Below, one piece after another: positions 58,473 to 64,000 of a stretch of DNA of 64,000 nt. The DNA is from an uncultured Gammaproteobacteria bacterium. GTDB lineage: Bacteria; Pseudomonadota; Gammaproteobacteria; Steroidobacterales; JBCCMA01. The translations under genes were made by a program, and so were the position numbers. Under the pieces are notes generated by a model that worked only from the letters and a program-made list of their open reading frames with translations, was not told the DNA's origin and did no database searches. Positions within the stretch are counted from its first letter, which is position 1. Each line of letters starts with the position of its first letter. The stretch covers positions 20,900 through 84,899 of the forward strand of contig CAZXCL010000004.1 in the NCBI GenBank assembly GCA_964639265.1, read 5' to 3'.

Positions 58473-60698
58473 ATGAGTGAGCTTTACTCCGATTTCGATC
58501 TGACGGAAGAAAACTGTCATCGCGAGCCGATTCATCGGCCCGAAGCGGTGCAGGGTTCCGGGCATCTGCTTGCCTTTGATGCGGGAAAAGACGCCAAATT
58601 GCTGGCTATCTCCGCGGATACCGCTGCGCTTTTAGCGCTTGATGCCGACGATTTGTGGCTCGAGGGATATGGAGCGCTGCCACAGACACTTCGCGATGCC
58701 GTCGACGTTTATCAACAGGCGCCAAGTCCAGAGGTGGCGCAAGCCGGGCAGTTCAGCGCCGGTGACGAGACCTACACCGTCATTTGCCACTGGCACAACG
58801 ACGTATTTTTCGTCGAGCTGGAAAACGCCGATGCGATTCATTTCCCCACACGGACCATTACGCGCTTCGCCGAAGCGGCTCGTCAACTTCACCAGGTGGA
58901 TGAACTATGTCAGCTGGCGGCTGCCAGTATGCGCGAGGTGCTCGGTTACGATCGGGTCATGGTCTATCAGTTTGATGCAGACGGCCATGGCTTTGTCGCC
59001 GGAGAGGCCAGGGCCGAATCGCTCGAGCCGTTTCTCGGCCTGCACTATCCGGCGACCGATATTCCTCAGAATGCACGGGACTTGTTCAAGCTGAACAGAA
59101 CGCGCTCGATTCCGGGTGTGCGTATACCCAATCGTCCGATTCATTTTCGCGACGACCATTTTGGCGCCAACGACCACCTTGACTTGAGTCGCTGCCAACT
59201 TCGCGCGACGTCGCCGGTGCATGTGCAGTACCTCAAGAACATGGGCGTCGTGGCAACCTTTACCGTTGCCATTGTGCTGCGTGGCGAGCTGTGGGGGCTG
59301 TTCGCCTGCCATCACAACAGCCCGCGCGATCCGTCGTTGCAAACCAGACTGCGTGCCGAGGTGTTCTCGGTGGTGTTTGCCCAGCGCATGCACGAGATCG
59401 AAGCCCTGCAGGCCACAATGCTTGAAGACCATTCGCGCAAGATAGAGGCGCAGTTTATCGAGGCGCTGCGGGTAGAAGATCAATATCAGCTGCGCGTCAT
59501 GGACGACACGGTGCCTCTTCTGGCGCTGTGCCCCTGCGACGGTGCTGTGGTTGTGGACGGCTCAGGCAGAATCATAATGCAGAAAGGTCAACTGCCCTCC
59601 GGGGAGTATCTCCTCAAACTGCGTCGCTGGCTGGTGGACAACGACAAGAACACGGTGTTCGGTACGGACATCATGCAGGACCTGTTTGAAGATGGCCGTG
59701 AGGGCGCCGGTAACCTGGGCGGCGTACTTGCCGTGCGGGTGTCGGAGATATCCGAAAACTTCATCTTCTGGTTTCGTATTCAGCAGAGCCAGACAATCAC
59801 CTGGGCCGGTGATCCTCGTCGCGCCGGGCTTGAGCAACGTGAAATGAGCGATGGTGCAACCCGATTGAGTCCGCGCCGTTCATTTGCAAAGTGGATAGAC
59901 CAGATTGATACGCGCAGTCGGCCTTGGGAGGCCTGGACGCTGGCGATGGCGCAGCGCCTGCGCGAAGGCACACTCAAGCTTGAGTTGCGACATACTGCCG
60001 AACTCGTGTCGCGGGCCAATCGGGAGTTTATGCAGCTGACGTTCGCCGCGGCCCATGATCTGCAGGAGCCGCTGCGCACGCAGCTCAATTACATCGAGCT
60101 ACTGGAAGAGGAATTTGACGATCGCGAGAAACAAGTCATCGAGCGTTTCCTGCGCGGCTCAAAAAATGCGGTCCAGCGCATGCAAACACTGGTCAACGAC
60201 CTTCTGTCCTACGCGCAGTTAGGGCGCGAGATGAGCTGGGAAAACATCGATCTCAATGACTTGATGGATGAAATCCATGCCGATGTCTCTGATTCGCTAA
60301 AGCGTTCAGGCGGCAGTTTGCATTGGACCGAACTGCCGGCCGTGATCGGTGACCGTCTGCACATGCGTCAGTTGCTGCTAAACCTGATCACCAACGGCAT
60401 CAAATACGTGGCGCCCGATGACGCTCCGGCTGTTGAGGTTTTCGTGCGTCAGGAAGAGCGGAGTTTCGATCTGTGTGTGCGCGATCAGGGCATCGGCATT
60501 CGCAGGGAAGATCATGAGCGTGTGTTTTCAATGTTCACCCGCCTGCATCACCGCGAGGACTATTCGGGCACGGGTATTGGTCTTGCCATCGCCAAGCGTG
60601 CGGCGGAAAACCAGACGGGCACGCTGGGCCTGGAATCCGTTCCGGGCAAAGGCAGTCTGTTCTGGTGCCGTTTCCACAAAGCGCAGCTGGCGTCATGA
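58473..60698 (+). CDS. bphP: Bacteriophytochrome histidine kinase (PAS-GAF-PHY-HisKA-HATPase)
   Basis: N-terminal biliverdin Cys 'NCHREPIH', 'YPATDIP', 'SPVHVQYLKNMGV', PHY tongue 'PRRSF', H-box 'HDLQEPLR'. Confidence 0.94.
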   Translation: MSELYSDFDLTEENCHREPIHRPEAVQGSGHLLAFDAGKDAKLLAISADTAALLALDADDLWLEGYGALPQTLRDAVDVYQQAPSPEVAQAGQFSAGDETYTVICHWHNDVFFVELENADAIHFPTRTITRFAEAARQLHQVDELCQLAAASMREVLGYDRVMVYQFDADGHGFVAGEARAESLEPFLGLHYPATDIPQNARDLFKLNRTRSIPGVRIPNRPIHFRDDHFGANDHLDLSRCQLRATSPVHVQYLKNMGVVATFTVAIVLRGELWGLFACHHNSPRDPSLQTRLRAEVFSVVFAQRMHEIEALQATMLEDHSRKIEAQFIEALRVEDQYQLRVMDDTVPLLALCPCDGAVVVDGSGRIIMQKGQLPSGEYLLKLRRWLVDNDKNTVFGTDIMQDLFEDGREGAGNLGGVLAVRVSEISENFIFWFRIQQSQTITWAGDPRRAGLEQREMSDGATRLSPRRSFAKWIDQIDTRSRPWEAWTLAMAQRLREGTLKLELRHTAELVSRANREFMQLTFAAAHDLQEPLRTQLNYIELLEEEFDDREKQVIERFLRGSKNAVQRMQTLVNDLLSYAQLGREMSWENIDLNDLMDEIHADVSDSLKRSGGSLHWTELPAVIGDRLHMRQLLLNLITNGIKYVAPDDAPAVEVFVRQEERSFDLCVRDQGIGIRREDHERVFSMFTRLHHREDYSGTGIGLAIAKRAAENQTGTLGLESVPGKGSLFWCRFHKAQLAS

Positions 60699-61126
60699 GC
60701 CGAACGCCCCTGACCCATGTCTTGCTGGTCGATGACAGCGAGGATGACAATTTCTTTCACGAGCGGGCGATTGTTCGCTCTGGCCTGCCTTCACGCACCA
60801 CGGTTTGCCGCGATGGCATCGAAGCCATGCGCTTTTTGCAAAATTGTGCCGAAACGCAGGGCCGCGCCGACCTGCCCAGCGTCATTTTCCTCGATATCAA
60901 TATGCCGCGCATGACCGGCTGGGAATTTCTTATGGAGTACGAAAACCTTCCCGTTGAAATGCAGGAAAAGACGATCGTCGTCATGCTTTCCGCCAGCATG
61001 GATCCGCTGGATCGAGCTCGCGCCCTCGACAGTCCGCTCGTCGCCGAGTTTCTTTCCAAGCCGCTGACAGCGGATAAAATGCGCGACATCGCCGTCAACT
61101 ATCTGGGAGCAAATATTGCGCAGTGA
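60695..61126 (+). CDS. Single-domain response regulator
   Basis: 'LLVDD', 'FLDINMP', 'SKPL'; ATGA overlap with bphP. Confidence 0.92.
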   Translation: MSRTPLTHVLLVDDSEDDNFFHERAIVRSGLPSRTTVCRDGIEAMRFLQNCAETQGRADLPSVIFLDINMPRMTGWEFLMEYENLPVEMQEKTIVVMLSASMDPLDRARALDSPLVAEFLSKPLTADKMRDIAVNYLGANIAQ

Positions 61127-61706
61127 GCGCCCGTCGGGACCGGTGCTGCGTCATGTGCGCGCGGTCACCGGCGGATTGCACGATGCACTTGATGCGAGTG
61201 TAGAGGGTCAGGCCATTCTCGCCGGCCGTGTGACGCGCGCAAGCTATCTCCGGATGTTGAATGCGCATTTGTCACTGCATCAATATGTCGCCGACTGTAC
61301 CGGGCGGCTGCTCAGTCAGGATAAGCCTCAGAGACTTCTGGACTGGCCCGACTGCCCGCGTCTTGACGCGCTGCAAGCGGATCTGGCCCGCCTCGACGCG
61401 CAGGCCAGACGCCATCAATCGTCACCGCCGCTGCCCGCCGTTATCAGCGTGTCGTTCGCATGCGGCTTGCTCTATGTGGTGGAAGGTGCCTGTCACGGCA
61501 CCGGGCAGATGCTGCGCGCACTAAAAAAGAACCAGGAGTTTGTGGGCTGGGCGGCCGATGCGTTCATGACCTTGAGCCGCGAAGGCATCGCTACGCGCTG
61601 GCCGGCCACCGTGGCTCTACTCGAGCAACACGGTGAACACGACCTCGACGGCGTTGCGCAAGGTGCGGTCACCGGTTTCGAATGCTACCGCGCGGCGGCC
61701 GCCTGA
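61116..61706 (+). CDS. bphO: Biliverdin-producing heme oxygenase
   Basis: Proximal His 'TGGLHDALD', 'LQADL', 'LYVVEGA'; in operon with phytochrome. Confidence 0.8.
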   Translation: MRSERPSGPVLRHVRAVTGGLHDALDASVEGQAILAGRVTRASYLRMLNAHLSLHQYVADCTGRLLSQDKPQRLLDWPDCPRLDALQADLARLDAQARRHQSSPPLPAVISVSFACGLLYVVEGACHGTGQMLRALKKNQEFVGWAADAFMTLSREGIATRWPATVALLEQHGEHDLDGVAQGAVTGFECYRAAAA

Positions 61707-61710
61707 CACG

Positions 61711-62961
61711 ATGGCGCGTGAGCAGGACAGTTTTGACGTGGTCGTGGCCGGGGCGGGCATCATTGGTCTGGCAAGCGCGTATCAAATTGCCCGCCGCAGT
61801 GCGCTACGTGTGCTGGTGCTGGATAAGGGCGCGGCGGTGGGCGAGGGCTCGACTGGCGCTTCGTCTTCCATTTGTCGCACGCGTTATTCGTCGGACGATA
61901 TGGTTTGTCTGGCCCGCGATGGTATCGAGGCCTATCGGCATTGGGCGCAATTCACCGGGATTGAGACGCCCCGCGCCGCGTTGGTGCCCGATGGGGTTTT
62001 ATGGCTAACCGGCCGCGACAAGACCTGGGCCGAACGAGAACATCAGCGCCTGCAGCCGCTCGGCATTCGTACTGCCGTCCTCGATGACGATGAGCTTGTG
62101 CGGCGTTTCCCCGGCATCAGTCCCTGCAGTCTGAGCCCGGACCTTGAGACCGGTGAGGATCACGACTGCGTGGGCGGGTCGCGTCATTTGCTTGAGCTGG
62201 ACGGTGGTCACGTCGATCCGGTCGGTGCGGCATCTGATCTTGTGGACGCCTGCCGCCGTGAGGGCGTCGACGTGCGCTTCGGCACGGCGGTCGAGCATGT
62301 ACGTGCCGATGGTGGTCGGGTGAGCGGTGTTGTGCTTGCGGACGGCCGCAAAATCAATACGCCGCTGGTGATCAATGCGTTGGGACCATGGGCGCAAGGT
62401 TTGTTTGAATCTCTGGATCTGCCGATGCGCTGGGACATGGTGCCGGTGCGCATTCAGGTGCTCTATCGTGAGCGCCCGGAAGAAGTGGCGGGGCATATTC
62501 CGGTCACCGTCGATATGGCGGCAGGGATCTACTTTCGAACCCAAAATCTTGGTCAGCAACTGGTCGTGGGGTCCATATTGGAGGAGGACGAACGCGAGGT
62601 TGTGGACTGCCCCGATCGCTTTCAAACCGAGACGGACACCGAGTTCGAGCAGTACAAACTGCATCTGCTGCACCATCGTTTGCCGGGTCTGCCCTATCGC
62701 GGGCGAGTGCGCGGTTTTTGCGGGCTATACACAGTAAACCGCGACGATGTGCATCCGGTGGTTGGTCCCACTCCGGTTGAGGGATTCTGGGTCGCCAACG
62801 GCTTTAGCGGGCACGGTTTCAAACTGGCGCCGGCCATCGGGTCGTTGATTGCGCAGCGTCTGTGCGGCGTGCGTGCCGACTACGACACGGACGTGTCGCA
62901 ATCGTTTGTCGCGTTTGATCGAGCGCCGATCGAGGTCAACACCAAATCGGTGCTGGCCTGA
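61711..62961 (+). CDS. FAD-dependent oxidoreductase (DAO / sarcosine oxidase beta family)
   Basis: GAGIIG, 'GSTGASS', 'GFSGHGFKLAPAIG'. Confidence 0.88.
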   Translation: MAREQDSFDVVVAGAGIIGLASAYQIARRSALRVLVLDKGAAVGEGSTGASSSICRTRYSSDDMVCLARDGIEAYRHWAQFTGIETPRAALVPDGVLWLTGRDKTWAEREHQRLQPLGIRTAVLDDDELVRRFPGISPCSLSPDLETGEDHDCVGGSRHLLELDGGHVDPVGAASDLVDACRREGVDVRFGTAVEHVRADGGRVSGVVLADGRKINTPLVINALGPWAQGLFESLDLPMRWDMVPVRIQVLYRERPEEVAGHIPVTVDMAAGIYFRTQNLGQQLVVGSILEEDEREVVDCPDRFQTETDTEFEQYKLHLLHHRLPGLPYRGRVRGFCGLYTVNRDDVHPVVGPTPVEGFWVANGFSGHGFKLAPAIGSLIAQRLCGVRADYDTDVSQSFVAFDRAPIEVNTKSVLA

Positions 62962-62984
62962 TCGGACGGATTCGACGATGAAAA

Positions 62985-64000
62985 CTAGCCGAGCTTGATC
63001 GGCAGCGAACGCACGCGCATGCCGCTGGCCTGATACACGGCGTTGCCGATAGCGGGAGCCACGGGAATCAAAGGCGGTTCGCCAAGCCCCATTGGAAACT
63101 CGCCGTTGTCGATGAACTTCAGGCTCAGTTCGGGTACGTCGGCCATGCGCAGCGGCGAGTAGGTATCCAGATTGGTCTGCTTGACGCGGCCGTTTTCAAT
63201 TTGCGCGCCTTCGTGCAGGGCCAGACTCACGCCCCAAAGCGTCGCGCCCTCGGCCTGTGCCATCGCGCCGTCGGGATGCACGACCGTGCCGCAGTCGATG
63301 GTCTGCCAGAGCTTTTTCACGCTTACCGCCTTGGTTGACGGGTCGACCGCAACGTGTGCGATGCAGGCGGCCCAGGTTGGCATATTGCGTTCCTGGCCGC
63401 TGCCAATCGCCACGCCCAGGCCTTCGCCTGGCGGCAGATCACGTCCCCAGCCGGCACGTTCGCGCACGTCGCGCAAAACCGCGGCCAGGCGACTCGCGCC
63501 GCCCACCGAATTGGGGTCTGAGCCGGCGTTCTTGCCCGACGCGTCCAGACGCGCCAGCCGATAGTCGATGGGATCGACGCCAGCTTTCAGCGCCAGCTCG
63601 TCCATGAAGCACTCAACACCCCAGGCCGTCCAGCCGGGACCCACGGCCCGCAGCCAGCCCGGCAAAAACGTCTTTTGTGCCAGCTCGTTGTTGATTGCGC
63701 GTACGCGATGGGCTGGCAAGGTGTACCAGTGGTCGGCGCCGCTGATCGAAAAGGTGTCGTACTTGCCTTTGCCATTCTCGCCAAGGTCGGCCACGCCGTC
63801 GGCCAGAAAGCCCGGGGCCATCGACAGTGTGGGCCAACCCGCCGCAGCCGCGTGATCGATGGCTGTGAGCTCGCCGTCGGCGTCAAACGCGGCATCGAAG
63901 CGCGCGACCGATGGCGAGCGAACACAATCGAATTCGCTGTCGGCCGGTCGCTGGAAAACAAGCTTGACCGGCTTGCCAAGTTCGCGCGCAGCCAGCGCAG
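62985..64000 (-). CDS. Xanthine dehydrogenase-family molybdopterin subunit (IorB-like), 5' truncated by window edge
   Basis: 'GWLRAVG', 'FMDELA', 'IDCGTVVHPD', 'GLGEPP..PVAPAIGNA'. Confidence 0.88.
   Translation of the reverse strand, partial: ALAARELGKPVKLVFQRPADSEFDCVRSPSVARFDAAFDADGELTAIDHAAAAGWPTLSMAPGFLADGVADLGENGKGKYDTFSISGADHWYTLPAHRVRAINNELAQKTFLPGWLRAVGPGWTAWGVECFMDELALKAGVDPIDYRLARLDASGKNAGSDPNSVGGASRLAAVLRDVRERAGWGRDLPPGEGLGVAIGSGQERNMPTWAACIAHVAVDPSTKAVSVKKLWQTIDCGTVVHPDGAMAQAEGATLWGVSLALHEGAQIENGRVKQTNLDTYSPLRMADVPELSLKFIDNGEFPMGLGEPPLIPVAPAIGNAVYQASGMRVRSLPIKLG

Overview
High-GC bacterial chromosome segment, probably from a gammaproteobacterium (inferred from three TonB-dependent receptors, an RND pump and hppD). 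It holds about 50 densely packed CDS. I recognised no rRNA, tRNA, CRISPR array or transposase. The most notable element is a ~17-19 kb catabolic island (4414-21003, possibly to 23273). It encodes a TonB receptor, four SnoaL/ester-cyclase genes (about seven NTF2-like domains), an alpha/beta hydrolase, a Na+:solute symporter, an SDR, a LacI regulator, a MetE-like zinc enzyme, an HpcH aldolase, an amidohydrolase, a bicupin, an HpsN-like HisD paralogue and a Tat sulfatase. A CG-centred operator-like motif (TGTACTnCGrATGCAA) occurs five times across four of its promoter regions, suggesting one regulon for an unidentified substrate. Other modules: amine oxidase/TPR/CpcT-like genes; a SARP-hydrolase regulator with 12-bp-spaced CAACGC repeats before a desaturase and an RTX-type protein; an SSB-tailed DUF3127 protein; two large sensors; RND efflux with a Tat-exported aminotransferase; beta-glucanases (GH17, GH30, malectin-GH16); hppD-FAH; a bacteriophytochrome-response regulator-heme oxygenase operon; and a partial molybdopterin oxidoreductase. 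Start codons were often adjusted from the ORF track by eye. All family calls come from motif recognition, not database searches.
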